Source: an uncultured Planctomycetia bacterium
Lineage (GTDB): Bacteria > Omnitrophota > Gorgyraeia > Duberdicusellales > 4484-171
Direction of reading: 5' to 3'
NCBI GenBank assembly: GCA_964629655.1
Contig: CAZVQU010000001.1
Span: 84,788-148,787, forward strand
Length of the DNA stretch: 64,000 bases
Below the pieces are notes generated by a model, which ran no database searches, was not told where the DNA came from, and saw only the letters and a list, made by a program, of their open reading frames with translations. Below, one piece after another: positions 37,921-48,273 of this stretch. Positions within the stretch are counted from its first letter, which is position 1; each line of letters begins with the position of its first letter. The position numbers and the translations under genes were made by a program.

Positions 37921-38386
37921 ATCTTTTTTCCCCTAGATTATCCATCTCTTGATTAATAATCTTATAATCAAATCCTTTTCTCACTAGATGCATCACTATT
38001 TTCCGTGAGATTTTTGCTGCCGCCAAAGACGGCTTTCTCCTCTTGTAATGTTCCAACTTCCTTTCGATAATTTCTCTAACCCTGTCATTGTAAGCAAAAT
38101 CTCTTTCCAAAACCTGCTTACGTAATGCCTCAGAGATTCCTAACTCCTTAAGGTTAAAATCGATTCTTACCGGACCCCAACCTTTTTCTAATGAATAGCT
38201 AACAAAAAAATGGGTGAATTTTCTATCATTTATATAATTATTCTCTTCTAAATAATCTACTATCCTCTCTCTTGTTGCTGGAGCATATCCTTTATTCTTA
38301 AGACGAGAGACTATCTCGTTCCTGCTCCTTGCTCTGTATTTTAGAAGAAGAAAAGAATAATTGAGAGCTTTATTAAAATCCTTCAA
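37907..38386 (-). CDS. recX: RecA regulator RecX
   Basis: 159 aa helical-repeat protein that matches the RecX family. Confidence 0.8.
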   Translation of the reverse strand: MKDFNKALNYSFLLLKYRARSRNEIVSRLKNKGYAPATRERIVDYLEENNYINDRKFTHFFVSYSLEKGWGPVRIDFNLKELGISEALRKQVLERDFAYNDRVREIIERKLEHYKRRKPSLAAAKISRKIVMHLVRKGFDYKIINQEMDNLGEKRFEDK

Positions 38387-39802
38387 TTATTTATCTTTAA
38401 GAACAGAGTATCCGCGGATTGTCTTTACCAGGCAATCCCCTTTTACTTTGGAGACGACATCCTCGAAACCCTCTTTATTCTTTACTATCTTATTCTCTAT
38501 TTTAGTAATAACATCGCCTACTCGGAGTTCGCTCGCATCAGCTATTGAACCATCTTCAATGTCAATGATTACCACCCCTTCGTTAGCCTTTACCTTAAAC
38601 CGCTGTTTATAAAAAGGTGTTATATCATCAACTGTTAAACCCCTAAAGCTTACCTTATCTATACCCTCGCCCAACTCTTGGATCTCTTCGCCTTCTTTAG
38701 GCATCTTGCCTATTTTTACCCTAATGGTCATCTCCTTACCGCCACGAAGAATTTCAAGAGGAATACGCTTTCCAACATCAGAAGTTGAAACCATTCGCAC
38801 CAAATCCCTTGTTGTTTTTACCGATTCTTTATTGAAAGTTAAAATCAAATCTCCTTCCTTAAGTCCACCTTCTTCAGCTGGAGAATCACTGTATACTTTT
38901 AGAATTATTACGCCTACTCTCTCTTTAACACCAAAGTAGTTACGTAAATCGTCATTTAAATTATCAATTACTACGCCTAGCCATCCATAAAGAATCTTTT
39001 CGCCTGTAGACAGCTTATCTAGAATTTTCTTTGCTTTATTAACCGGTATCGCAAACCCTAACCCTTGATAACCGCCGGAAGTAGTAATGATTGCTGCGTT
39101 GATGCCAATAACCTCACCTTTAAGATTTACTAAAGGCCCTCCGCTATTACCGGGATTAATGGCGGCATCGGTCTGGATAAGGTCATCATAGCCCCTATCC
39201 CTTCTGCCTAAAGCCGGTAAATAGCGATTAAGAGCACTTACCACCCCTACGGTAACAGTGGGCTCAGGATTATCAATTGCAAAACCAAAAGGATTTCCTA
39301 TTGCTACTACCCACTTGCCAATTTGAAGGTTATCTGAATTCCCTAATTTTGCTGCTGGAAGCCCTTTGGCATCTATTTTTATTACTGCTAAATCACTCCT
39401 CTTGTCTGTTCCTTTAACCTCAGCATCAAACTCTCTTCCGTCAGATAGCTTAACCTTTACCTCAACTGCTCCAGATACAACATGTTCGTTAGTAAGAATA
39501 TAACCTTCTTTATCAACTATAACTCCACTGCCTAATCCCTTCCTTTCGTATTCACGTTCGGGAAATCCTCCGAAAAACTCTCCAAAGAATTGTTCAAAAG
39601 GGTCATCAAAATTCCCAAAAGGTGAGCCGAATCTAAGCCCGCCGCCAACTTTTTCTTTAACTACACTACTTATAGAAACTACTGTCTTACCTACGCTAGA
39701 GGCAACGCCAATAGTTGCCTTTTCCAGATCTGATAAGCTCTGGGAGTAAACCCCTAGAGGCATCAGAACACAAACGATTGCTATAATTATACACTTTCTC
39801 AT
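38387..39802 (-). CDS. htrA: Periplasmic serine endoprotease HtrA/DegP (two PDZ domains)
   Basis: Signal peptide followed by a trypsin-like domain with GNSGGPL, then two PDZ domains. Confidence 0.9.
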   Translation of the reverse strand: MRKCIIIAIVCVLMPLGVYSQSLSDLEKATIGVASSVGKTVVSISSVVKEKVGGGLRFGSPFGNFDDPFEQFFGEFFGGFPEREYERKGLGSGVIVDKEGYILTNEHVVSGAVEVKVKLSDGREFDAEVKGTDKRSDLAVIKIDAKGLPAAKLGNSDNLQIGKWVVAIGNPFGFAIDNPEPTVTVGVVSALNRYLPALGRRDRGYDDLIQTDAAINPGNSGGPLVNLKGEVIGINAAIITTSGGYQGLGFAIPVNKAKKILDKLSTGEKILYGWLGVVIDNLNDDLRNYFGVKERVGVIILKVYSDSPAEEGGLKEGDLILTFNKESVKTTRDLVRMVSTSDVGKRIPLEILRGGKEMTIRVKIGKMPKEGEEIQELGEGIDKVSFRGLTVDDITPFYKQRFKVKANEGVVIIDIEDGSIADASELRVGDVITKIENKIVKNKEGFEDVVSKVKGDCLVKTIRGYSVLKDK

Positions 39803-39815
39803 TATTCCCTCCTTA

Positions 39816-40832
39816 TCAATTATTTTCTGCTGGCGAACCTGAACTCTTTAACTCCTGCTCTAGCTCTTCCTTCAAGCTTTCGTTATCCTTTAGTAAAATT
39901 CTTAGCTGCTCCTTGCCTTGAGCTAAATTTTTATCCTTGTAAGAGAACCAACTCCCGGCTTTCTTTATTATTCCTTCATCAAGAGCAGCATCTATTATTG
40001 CTCCGGCCTTAGACACTCCCTCATTATACATTATCTCAAATATTGCCTCTTTAAAAGGAGGCGCAACTTTATTCTTTACAATTTTAGCCCGTACTCTTAT
40101 TCCGGTTACACCAGCCTGAGTAGTAACAGTGGCGATTTTTCTTAAATCAATTCTCACTGAGGAGTAGAACTTTAAAGCTCTTCCTCCAGGGGTAACCTCA
40201 GGAGAACCAAACATTACCCCGATCTTCATTCTTATTTGGTTAATAAATACTATACAGGTTTTAGACTTACTTATTGCAGCAGTTAATTTTCTTAAAGCCT
40301 GGCTCATTAATCGAGCTTGCAGGGCAATCTGAGAATCGCCCATCTGTCCCTCTATCTCTGCTCTTGGCACAAGAGCAGCAACTGAGTCAATCACGACTAA
40401 ATCTACGGCATTAGACCTGACTAGAGCCTCTACAATCTCTAAAGCTTGCTCTCCGGTATCAGGCTGAGAGATCAACAAATCTTCTAGTTTTATTCCAATT
40501 AACTTAGCATAAGATGGGTCAAAAGCATGCTCGGCATCAATAAAAGCTGCCACCCCACCGCTTTTCTGCCCCTGGGCAATAATACTTAAAGTTAGGGTAG
40601 TTTTCCCTGAAGACTCTGGTCCATAAACCTCAATCACTCTTCCTCGCGGAAGACCACTGACACCCAAGGCTTTATCTAAAGAAATTATCCCGGTGGGTAT
40701 TACCTCTATATCCAAATTTACCCCGTCTCCCATGCGCATTATCGCACCCTTACCAAACTGTTTCTCTATTTGTGAAAGGGCAAGATCTAAAGCTTTCCTC
40801 TTATTATCTAAGGTATTCTTCTCTTTACTCAT
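39816..40832 (-). CDS. recA: Recombinase RecA
   Basis: 338 aa with Walker A motif [10 protein letters not shown] and the canonical RecA core. Confidence 0.95.
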   Translation of the reverse strand: MSKEKNTLDNKRKALDLALSQIEKQFGKGAIMRMGDGVNLDIEVIPTGIISLDKALGVSGLPRGRVIEVYGPESSGKTTLTLSIIAQGQKSGGVAAFIDAEHAFDPSYAKLIGIKLEDLLISQPDTGEQALEIVEALVRSNAVDLVVIDSVAALVPRAEIEGQMGDSQIALQARLMSQALRKLTAAISKSKTCIVFINQIRMKIGVMFGSPEVTPGGRALKFYSSVRIDLRKIATVTTQAGVTGIRVRAKIVKNKVAPPFKEAIFEIMYNEGVSKAGAIIDAALDEGIIKKAGSWFSYKDKNLAQGKEQLRILLKDNESLKEELEQELKSSGSPAENN

Positions 40833-40903
40833 AACTCCTCCTTATTTTAGGGATTAATAGTTAAATTATACTCTCCAGCAATTTGGCGTCAAATGATTAA
40901 AAA

Positions 40904-41506
40904 TTAGAAATGAGATTCTTTATTCTTAAGAAGATTCTTTATATTTTTCTTATGTCTTATCAAAATAAATACAAAAAGTAATAGCGAGAAAACCTTAAAC
41001 TCTAAGGGCAGAGAGAAAATAAGAGAAAAAACAAAAAAGGAAAAAGCGCTGGCTAACGAGGCTAGAGATACTATCTTAAAAACAAAGAATACTACTACCC
41101 AGACAAAGATAGCGATCAGAAAAAGTATTATCAAGGAATAAAATTGAAGACTTAAACCAGCTATACCGCCTAAACTGGTTGAAACACCTTTGCCGCCTTT
41201 AAATTGCAAAAAAGGAGTCCAGTTGTGCCCACAGACAACAGCGATAATCGCCAAAATGAAGAGAAAAGTCGGTGGATTGTTAACGAAAAAAGGCACAATC
41301 AAAGGGACTATGAATCCTTTTAAAAAATCCAGAACAAATACAGCAATGCCCCACTTCTTTCCCAATACCCGAGTTACATTAGTAGCACCAATATTGCCAG
41401 AACCAAGGCCTCTTATATCAGCCTTCTTTGCTAAATAAACGGCTAAGAAACCAAAAGGTATCCCGCCAATAAGATAACTAAGAATTAGAAGATTTATTAC
41501 TCCCAT
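40904..41506 (-). CDS. plsY: Glycerol-3-phosphate acyltransferase PlsY
   Basis: 200-aa membrane protein with the GSGNIGATNVTRVLG motif. Confidence 0.88.
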   Translation of the reverse strand: MGVINLLILSYLIGGIPFGFLAVYLAKKADIRGLGSGNIGATNVTRVLGKKWGIAVFVLDFLKGFIVPLIVPFFVNNPPTFLFILAIIAVVCGHNWTPFLQFKGGKGVSTSLGGIAGLSLQFYSLIILFLIAIFVWVVVFFVFKIVSLASLASAFSFFVFSLIFSLPLEFKVFSLLLFVFILIRHKKNIKNLLKNKESHF

Positions 41507-42044
41507 TTAAGACTCTCACTCCTTTTAAAAAATAATCAGCTCCTGAAATTAAAGTAAACATTACTGCCCCCTTCCAAATCCAGGGGAAAAATCGGCTATT
41601 TATAAGTAGAGCCAGTATTGTGAACATTTGAGAAAAAGTAGTAAGCTTACCCCAGAAAGATGGCTCCATAAGAGCTTCTTTCTTCAAGGCATTGATGATT
41701 ATTACCCCTAAAAGGATAATAAGATCTCTGCTTACAGCCACTAAAATCAGCCCCAAAGGCATCTCAAACCTAAGAGGTAAGGTAGCCCTGAAAACATAGA
41801 GTGAGATAAAGGCTGCGAATAAAAGTAATTTGTCAGCTACCGGGTCAAGAACCTGTCCGAATTCTGATTTCTCCTTTCTTATTCTTGCTGCTAATCCGTC
41901 AAAGAAGTCGCTCACTATCGCAAGAAGAAATACTGCTGTTGCAAAATGTCTTAGGTAATGGTGTGACCGTGAGTAAATAAGCAGAGAAACAAATACAGGG
42001 ATAAGAATAATTCTTATAGTGGTCAATTTATCGGCTAGACTCAT
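41478..42044 (-). CDS. pgsA: CDP-diacylglycerol--glycerol-3-phosphate 3-phosphatidyltransferase
   Basis: CDP-alcohol phosphatidyltransferase motif DGLAAR...G...DPVADK. Confidence 0.85.
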   Translation of the reverse strand: MSLADKLTTIRIILIPVFVSLLIYSRSHHYLRHFATAVFLLAIVSDFFDGLAARIRKEKSEFGQVLDPVADKLLLFAAFISLYVFRATLPLRFEMPLGLILVAVSRDLIILLGVIIINALKKEALMEPSFWGKLTTFSQMFTILALLINSRFFPWIWKGAVMFTLISGADYFLKGVRVLNGSNKSSNS

Positions 42045-42622
42045 TACTCAAGCATGGTTATTCTCTTCGGCGGCCACCAGGTTAGAACTGCTTTTCCAAT
42101 TACATCTTTCGCATCAGCAAATCCCCATTCGCGGCCATCCTTAGAAGAAATGCTATTATCACCAAGGAGAAAGTACTTACTCTCAGGAACAGTTATCTTC
42201 TTACCCCTAGCTCCATACTCTCCCTGATTATAATAATAGTTTCTTGCAGTCTTCGGGTCAACTACTATTTTGCCGTTTATATGGATATTGCCGTCTTTTA
42301 GCTCAATTTTATCTCCTGGCAAGCCAATTAGCCGCTTTATGTAAGCCTTACTCCTCTCAGTAGCAATTGGTGGAACAAATACAACAATATCAAACCTTTT
42401 AGGTTTACGGAATCCCGGAATACGCAGGGGGGTAAAGGGAATTTTAGGACCATAAGTAAGCTTACTTACAAAGATCTTATCCCCAGGAACCAAGACTGGA
42501 ACCATTGAGGTGGTAGGAATCTTATATATTTGAAAGAAAAAAGTTCTTAAAAATATCGCCAATGCTGCAGCAATAATTATAGCGTCAACCCACTCTCTCA
42601 GTGCACTCTTTTTTTTGCTCAT
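42044..42622 (-). CDS. lepB: Signal peptidase I
   Basis: N-terminal TM helix with a Ser/Lys dyad context (SMVPVL ... KRLIGLPGD ... GDNS). Confidence 0.88.
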   Translation of the reverse strand: MSKKKSALREWVDAIIIAAALAIFLRTFFFQIYKIPTTSMVPVLVPGDKIFVSKLTYGPKIPFTPLRIPGFRKPKRFDIVVFVPPIATERSKAYIKRLIGLPGDKIELKDGNIHINGKIVVDPKTARNYYYNQGEYGARGKKITVPESKYFLLGDNSISSKDGREWGFADAKDVIGKAVLTWWPPKRITMLE

Positions 42623-42631
42623 CTTTTATAA

Positions 42632-42670
42632 AGAAATTACCCCTTGCCTGCCGGTGAGGCAGGAATTTCT
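42632..42670 (-). terminator. Imperfect long hairpin between lepA and lepB (terminator/attenuator-like)
   Basis: AGAAATT...CCTGCC ggtga GGCAGG AATTTCT. On the transcribed minus strand a moderately U-rich tract follows (tttctttataaaag). Confidence 0.35.
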
Positions 42671-42742
42671 TAGAAGGTTATATAGATTTATATTATAACA
42701 GCTTTTCGGTATAATTGCATATTTAATCTGTGTAATCCCTAT

Positions 42743-44539
42743 TTACATCTTAAGCACTTCCAGAAAGGCATTCTGAGGAATGATTATATTCCCCAGCTGT
42801 TTCATCTTTTTCTTACCCTTCTTCTGCTTCTCCCAGAGTTTTCGTTTACGAGTAATATCTCCTCCATAGCACTTTGCAGTAACATTCTTCTTTAAAGCTG
42901 CAACTTTCTCAGAAGCAATTATCTTCGAACCAATTGCAGCTTGGATCCTTACCTCATACATCTGCCGGGGAATTAGCTTCTTTAATCTCTCAACCACCGT
43001 TCTTGCTTTAGCCTCTACCTTATCTTTATGCACTAAAATTGAAAAAGCTTCAGCCTTCTTCTGATTAAAAAGAATATCAATTTTGGTAATTTCTGTCTTC
43101 TTGTACCCAATGAATTCGTAATCAAAAGAAGCATAACCTTTAGTTACAGATTTTATATTATCATAAAAATCAATAACAATTTCTCCTAGGGGAAGGTCAA
43201 AAACTATAGCTAACCTATCCTTACCTAGATAATCCATCTTAGCAAACTCACCTCGTCTCGATTTTGCTAAGTCACAGATAGGATCCATTCCCTCTGCTGG
43301 CGTTACAATGGTAGCTCTAACAAAGGGCTCGGACACCTCTTCGATACAAGAGACTTCAGGAAATTGGTGAGGAACTTCTATATACTCAACCTGTTTTCCC
43401 CCTGTTCTCTTTAACTGATACTTAACATTAGGCGAAGTAAGAACAAGATCAAGGTTATGTTCCCTTTCTAGCCTCTCTTGAACTATCTCCATATGCAGGA
43501 GCCCTAGAAAACCGCATCTAAATCCATAGCCTAAATTACCTAAGTTATCAGGCTCATAGACAAAAGAAGGATCAGATAACTTTAGCTTCTCAATGGCCCC
43601 TCTTAAGGCAGGATAATCCTTAGGAGAAGAAGGAAATATCCCACAGAAAACCATCGGTGACATCTTCTTATACCCTTCAAAAGCTTCATCGGTAGGAGAG
43701 AGTGCCGAAGTAACTGTGTCTCCAACGTCTATATCTTGAGGATCTTTTATGTTGCAGCAAATATAACCTACCTCGCCACAACAAAGTTTCTCTCTCTTCT
43801 GTGCTTCTGGTAAAAATACACCTACCTCTTCTACTCGATACCTCTTGTTCTGGTGCATAAGAAGAATATTATCGCCCACAACAACTTGCCCATCAAATAT
43901 TCTCAAAAATAATATAACCCCTCTATAAGCATCATAAGTAGAGTCAAAAAGAACTGCTTTGAGTGTTTTCGTGATATCACCTCTAGGCGCAGGTATTTTT
44001 TCAATCACTCTCTTAAGCAATTCTTCAACGCCTTTACCATCTTTGGCTGAAACAAGAGAAATCTCTTCCCGCTTAAAACCAAAAACATCAAGAAGCTGGC
44101 CAGCGCTTCTTTCGATATCGGCACCAGGAAGGTCTATCTTATTAAGAACAGGAATAATTCTTAAATCATTATCTAAGGCTAAGTGAAAATTAGCCACTGT
44201 TTGGGCTTCAATTCCTTGAGAAGCATCAACCAGGATGATTGCTCCCTCAGCACCTTTTAAAGACTTGGCCACTTCATATGAAAAATCAACATGACCGGGA
44301 GTATCAATGAGATTCAAAATGTAATCTTCTCCTTGATAAGAAATATTTAGCCTAACTGCCTTTGCCTTTATAGTAATACCTCGCTCCTGCTCTAGCTCCA
44401 TACTATCCATAATCTGTTCTCGCTTCTTTCTGGTAGTTACAGCCCCGGCCATCTCCAAAAACCTATCAGCAAGAGTAGATTTACCATGGTCAATATGAGC
44501 AATTATGCAAAAATTTCTTATTTTTTCTTTTGTATCCAT
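42743..44539 (-). CDS. lepA: Elongation factor 4 (LepA)
   Basis: 598 aa. GTPase G1 motif AHIDHGKST and the LepA-specific C-terminal domain. Confidence 0.95.
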   Translation of the reverse strand: MDTKEKIRNFCIIAHIDHGKSTLADRFLEMAGAVTTRKKREQIMDSMELEQERGITIKAKAVRLNISYQGEDYILNLIDTPGHVDFSYEVAKSLKGAEGAIILVDASQGIEAQTVANFHLALDNDLRIIPVLNKIDLPGADIERSAGQLLDVFGFKREEISLVSAKDGKGVEELLKRVIEKIPAPRGDITKTLKAVLFDSTYDAYRGVILFLRIFDGQVVVGDNILLMHQNKRYRVEEVGVFLPEAQKREKLCCGEVGYICCNIKDPQDIDVGDTVTSALSPTDEAFEGYKKMSPMVFCGIFPSSPKDYPALRGAIEKLKLSDPSFVYEPDNLGNLGYGFRCGFLGLLHMEIVQERLEREHNLDLVLTSPNVKYQLKRTGGKQVEYIEVPHQFPEVSCIEEVSEPFVRATIVTPAEGMDPICDLAKSRRGEFAKMDYLGKDRLAIVFDLPLGEIVIDFYDNIKSVTKGYASFDYEFIGYKKTEITKIDILFNQKKAEAFSILVHKDKVEAKARTVVERLKKLIPRQMYEVRIQAAIGSKIIASEKVAALKKNVTAKCYGGDITRKRKLWEKQKKGKKKMKQLGNIIIPQNAFLEVLKM

Positions 44540-44653
44540 TTTACTTATGGTTTTTATCTGATATTACTGGCTATACCAAAAAGATAAGATGTAGCGGGCG
44601 AAGTCATCTCTTCAGGGAAAGACGAAAAATCTAACCCTTACCCTAACCAAATG

Positions 44654-45304
44654 CTACTTATCTTCTGAATCCATACGTTTAATGATCTCCTCGGCTGTCT
44701 GGAGTATGGTAAGATTAGTTGTGTCTATGCATATAGCATCTTTGCTTAACCTTAAAGGGCTGATTTTTCTAGTCTTATCAGCGTTATCCCGCCTCTTTAA
44801 GTCCTGATCTAATTCCTTAAGATTAACATCCATGCCCTTTTCGCTTAACTCCTTAAATCTCCTTTGAGACCTTGTTGCTGGAGAAGCATCAAGGTAAAAC
44901 TTATACTTAGCATCAGGGAAGACCACTGTAGTTATATCTCTACCCTCGACAACAAAGTCTCCCCGCTCAACCATATTTCTCTGCAGCTTTACCATTACTG
45001 CCCTGACTTCTGGCTGTGCTACTACTGAAGAAATACTCTTATCTATAAGGGGGGTTCTTATCTGATTGCTAACATCTAAACCATCAAGGTAAACTTTACC
45101 GTCTTTAAATTCCAGGCTTAATTCCTCAGCAAGCTTCTTTAAGGTGTTATTATCGGATAAATCTACCTTTCTTTCAATGGCCCTTAGGGTTAAAGCTCGA
45201 TACATTGCTCCGGTATCTAAATAAAAAATGCCTAGCCTTTTAGCTAGGAGTTTAGCAACTGTTGTCTTTCCTGATCCAGCAGGACCATCTATGCCGATAA
45301 TCAT
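44654..45304 (-). CDS. cmk: Cytidylate kinase
   Basis: IIGIDGPAGSGKTTVAKLLAKRLG P-loop. Length 216 aa. Confidence 0.92.
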   Translation of the reverse strand: MIIGIDGPAGSGKTTVAKLLAKRLGIFYLDTGAMYRALTLRAIERKVDLSDNNTLKKLAEELSLEFKDGKVYLDGLDVSNQIRTPLIDKSISSVVAQPEVRAVMVKLQRNMVERGDFVVEGRDITTVVFPDAKYKFYLDASPATRSQRRFKELSEKGMDVNLKELDQDLKRRDNADKTRKISPLRLSKDAICIDTTNLTILQTAEEIIKRMDSEDK

Positions 45305-46137
45305 GATATACGTTTCTGCTTAGTGTTTATCGTCTTAATTAAATCTACAATTTTATCTTTATTGTTCTTTTTTATCAAGTTCTCGAATTTCTTTAAAGTT
45401 TTCATGAACTTGTTTAAATCAGCCAATACATTCTTCTTATTGGATAGAAGAATTTCAGCCCACACTGCCGCTGGGGAAAGAGATATCCTGGTTAAATCCT
45501 TAAAGCTTTGCAGGGTGAACTTTGAATGATCTTTAGAAAACCCTTTAGTAAGAGAGAAAGAAATAAGATGAGGTAAGTGAGACAAGTAAGATAAAAATTT
45601 ATCGTGGCGTTCGGGGCTAACAAAGATTACTTTTGAACCCAGCTTCTCCCAGATTTTTTTAACTATTTTAGTAGCTTTACTTTGAGGTGAAGATGTAATT
45701 AAGCAAACTCTCCCGTGATAGAGGTCCTTTTTACTGAATTCTGCTCCACTTTTCTCACTCCCACATAAAGGATGACAACCGACAAAGCTTACTTTCCTAG
45801 GCAAGCACTTAGCAATGCTCTTCTCAATTACTCCTTTGCTGCTACCTAAATCAAATACAATAGCTCCCTTTTTCAGAAAAGGAGCAATTTTTTTAAAGTA
45901 ATCAATGATTACCTCTACTGGTAAGGCCAAAACAACTAAATCAGCATTCTCAACAACATTTTTTAAATCTCGCTCTACTCTGTTAAGAACCCTTATTTTT
46001 TTTAGCTTATTGTAAGATTTCTGGCTTCTGGCGAAACCACAGACAGATACCCCCGGAAACTTACTCCTCAAAGCTAAACTCAAAGACCCACCCATAAGCC
46101 CTACGCCTAATATTCCTATTTTCTTTATTTTGCTCAT
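45301..46137 (-). CDS. tyrA: Prephenate/arogenate dehydrogenase
   Basis: Rossmann motif IGILGVGLMGGS. It lies next to aroF and pheA. Confidence 0.85.
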   Translation of the reverse strand: MSKIKKIGILGVGLMGGSLSLALRSKFPGVSVCGFARSQKSYNKLKKIRVLNRVERDLKNVVENADLVVLALPVEVIIDYFKKIAPFLKKGAIVFDLGSSKGVIEKSIAKCLPRKVSFVGCHPLCGSEKSGAEFSKKDLYHGRVCLITSSPQSKATKIVKKIWEKLGSKVIFVSPERHDKFLSYLSHLPHLISFSLTKGFSKDHSKFTLQSFKDLTRISLSPAAVWAEILLSNKKNVLADLNKFMKTLKKFENLIKKNNKDKIVDLIKTINTKQKRIS

Positions 46138-47150
46138 ATCTGCCTACCTACAGCCTTAGCAATATCTTTTAATTCGTTTACTAAACCTGCGAAGTTATCC
46201 GGCAGGAGCTGCTGCGAACCATCGCTTAGCGCTTCTTGGGGATTAGGATGAACTTCTACTAGGAGACCATCTGCTCCGCAGGCAACTGCCGCCTTACTCA
46301 AAGGCGCAACCAAACCCCACTTTCCGCAAGCATGAGAGGGGTCAACAATAACCGGAAGATGTGACAACATTTTTATCGAAGGTACCGCACTTAAATCTAA
46401 AGTATTACGGGTAAATTCTTCAAAAGTCCGTATGCCCCGTTCACACAAAATCACATTGAAATTACCTTCGGATAAAATATACTCTGCACTCATTAATAAT
46501 TCTTTTATGGTAGCGCTCAAGCCTCTTTTTAAAATGATTGGCTTCTTGGTCTGGCCGACTTCTTTAAGAAGATTAAAATTCTGCATATTGCGAGCACCAA
46601 TCTGTAAAACATCAGCATACTTTGCTACTAAAGCTACATCTCGAGTATCCATAACCTCAGTAGCTGTAGGCATATCAACCTCCTCTGATACACCCTTAAG
46701 CATTTTTAAAGCTTCTTCGCCTAAACCTTGGAAGGTATAAGGAGAACTACGCGGTTTAAAAGCACCTCCTCTTAAAATGCCTGCTCCGGCTTCTTTTACC
46801 TTCTTAGCTATTTTCTTTATCTGCTCTTCGCTTTCGATAGAACAAGGACCGGCAATAATTGCTACCTTCGAGGAGCCGATCTCTACCCCTTCTCTTATCT
46901 TTACGACGCTACTCTCTTCTTTAAATTCCCGGGACACTAACTTATAAGGGGCTAATACTGGCATCACCTTATCTACCCCGGGAAAAACATCCAGAGGATG
47001 CAATCTCACAATATCTTCAGGCCCAATGACACCTATGATAGTTCGCTCCTCACCCCGGGAAACCATTGCCTTTAACCCTAACTTTTTAACTCTCTTGATA
47101 AGGCTATTTATTTCATTTTTTGTTGCATCCTTCTTAAAAACAATAATCAT
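46134..47150 (-). CDS. aroF: 3-deoxy-7-phosphoheptulonate synthase, class I-beta with an N-terminal ferredoxin-like regulatory domain
   Basis: 338 aa. The KDO8PS-like core IIAGPCSIESEEQ is preceded by a ~70 aa regulatory domain. Confidence 0.88.
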   Translation of the reverse strand: MIIVFKKDATKNEINSLIKRVKKLGLKAMVSRGEERTIIGVIGPEDIVRLHPLDVFPGVDKVMPVLAPYKLVSREFKEESSVVKIREGVEIGSSKVAIIAGPCSIESEEQIKKIAKKVKEAGAGILRGGAFKPRSSPYTFQGLGEEALKMLKGVSEEVDMPTATEVMDTRDVALVAKYADVLQIGARNMQNFNLLKEVGQTKKPIILKRGLSATIKELLMSAEYILSEGNFNVILCERGIRTFEEFTRNTLDLSAVPSIKMLSHLPVIVDPSHACGKWGLVAPLSKAAVACGADGLLVEVHPNPQEALSDGSQQLLPDNFAGLVNELKDIAKAVGRQI

Positions 47151-47161
47151 ATTTTATCTCC

Positions 47162-48244
47162 CTAACTCTTCTTTAAGTAACTCTTCAGGCAATTTATAAA
47201 CTTCTTATTCTCTTTAGGTAAACCTACGGTCACCCGAAAGAAATTCTTCAAGCCCCAGCCTTTTAATCCTCTTACGATAATCCCTCGCTTTAAGAAGTAA
47301 TCGCAGAGCATTGAGACATCACGCTTAAAATCAATGAGAACAAAGTTAGTTGCGCTTTCAGTGAATGATAGCTTGCACTTTTTTAACTCTTTGTAAAAAT
47401 ACTTCTTTTCTTTTTCAACATGAGTAGTTACTTTTCTTAAAAACTCCTTATTCTTTAAAGCTGCCAATGCTGCCACTTGAGCAAACCTATTTATATTGAA
47501 TGGCTCTCGAATCTTATTCAGGATTCCTGCTAATTCTCTAGTCGTAACTCCGTAGCCGATACGTAGTCCGGCTAAGCCATAGGCCTTGGAAAAAGTACGG
47601 GTTACTATGATATTACCGCGTTTTTTAAGCAACTTCAGCGTCTGGGGGAAATTTTTTGGCGCAAATTCAAAATAGGCCTCGTCAAAAAAAACTAATACCC
47701 GCTTAGGAATCTTGGCTAAGAAATCCCTAACTTCTTTTTCATTTAAGTATGTCCCGGTAGGATTGTCGGGATTAGCAATAAAGATAATTTTTGTTTTTTT
47801 GGTAACTTTCTTAGCTATTTCACTAAGAGAATAACGCAGATTTTTCAAAGGGACCTTTACTACTTTCGCTCCAGCAATTCTAGCCTGAATCTCATAAATC
47901 AAAAAGGTAGGATAAGCAACTACTACCTCATCACCCTTAGATATCAACGCCTTCAAGGCCAAAACTATCAGCTCATCTGAACCATTGCCAAAAATAATTT
48001 GATCTCCCCTAACGCTTAGTTTCTTAGATAAAGCTATTCTTAGGTAGAAGCTGCTACTCTCTGGATAACGGCTAATGTTTTTCACTTCCTCACCAATTGC
48101 TTTGCGTATATAGGAAGGAGGGAATGGAATTTCATTAGAGGCAAGCTTATAAACCTCCTCTAGCTTTAAACTTCGCTTCACCTCTTCAATCGGTTTACCC
48201 GGCTTGTAAACATTTATTTTTTTTAATTCTTTTCTGTATGTCAT
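47162..48244 (-). CDS. hisC: Histidinol-phosphate/aromatic aminotransferase (class II)
   Basis: PLP-Lys motif TFSKAYGLAGLRIGY. The ORF track start at 48319 overlaps pheA by 46 nt. An internal ATG at 48244 (MTYRKEL...) with an AGGGG-type RBS is preferred. Confidence 0.85.
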   Translation of the reverse strand: MTYRKELKKINVYKPGKPIEEVKRSLKLEEVYKLASNEIPFPPSYIRKAIGEEVKNISRYPESSSFYLRIALSKKLSVRGDQIIFGNGSDELIVLALKALISKGDEVVVAYPTFLIYEIQARIAGAKVVKVPLKNLRYSLSEIAKKVTKKTKIIFIANPDNPTGTYLNEKEVRDFLAKIPKRVLVFFDEAYFEFAPKNFPQTLKLLKKRGNIIVTRTFSKAYGLAGLRIGYGVTTRELAGILNKIREPFNINRFAQVAALAALKNKEFLRKVTTHVEKEKKYFYKELKKCKLSFTESATNFVLIDFKRDVSMLCDYFLKRGIIVRGLKGWGLKNFFRVTVGLPKENKKFINCLKSYLKKS

Positions 48245-48273
48245 ATAAAACCCCTGTATAAATAAATTATTAG

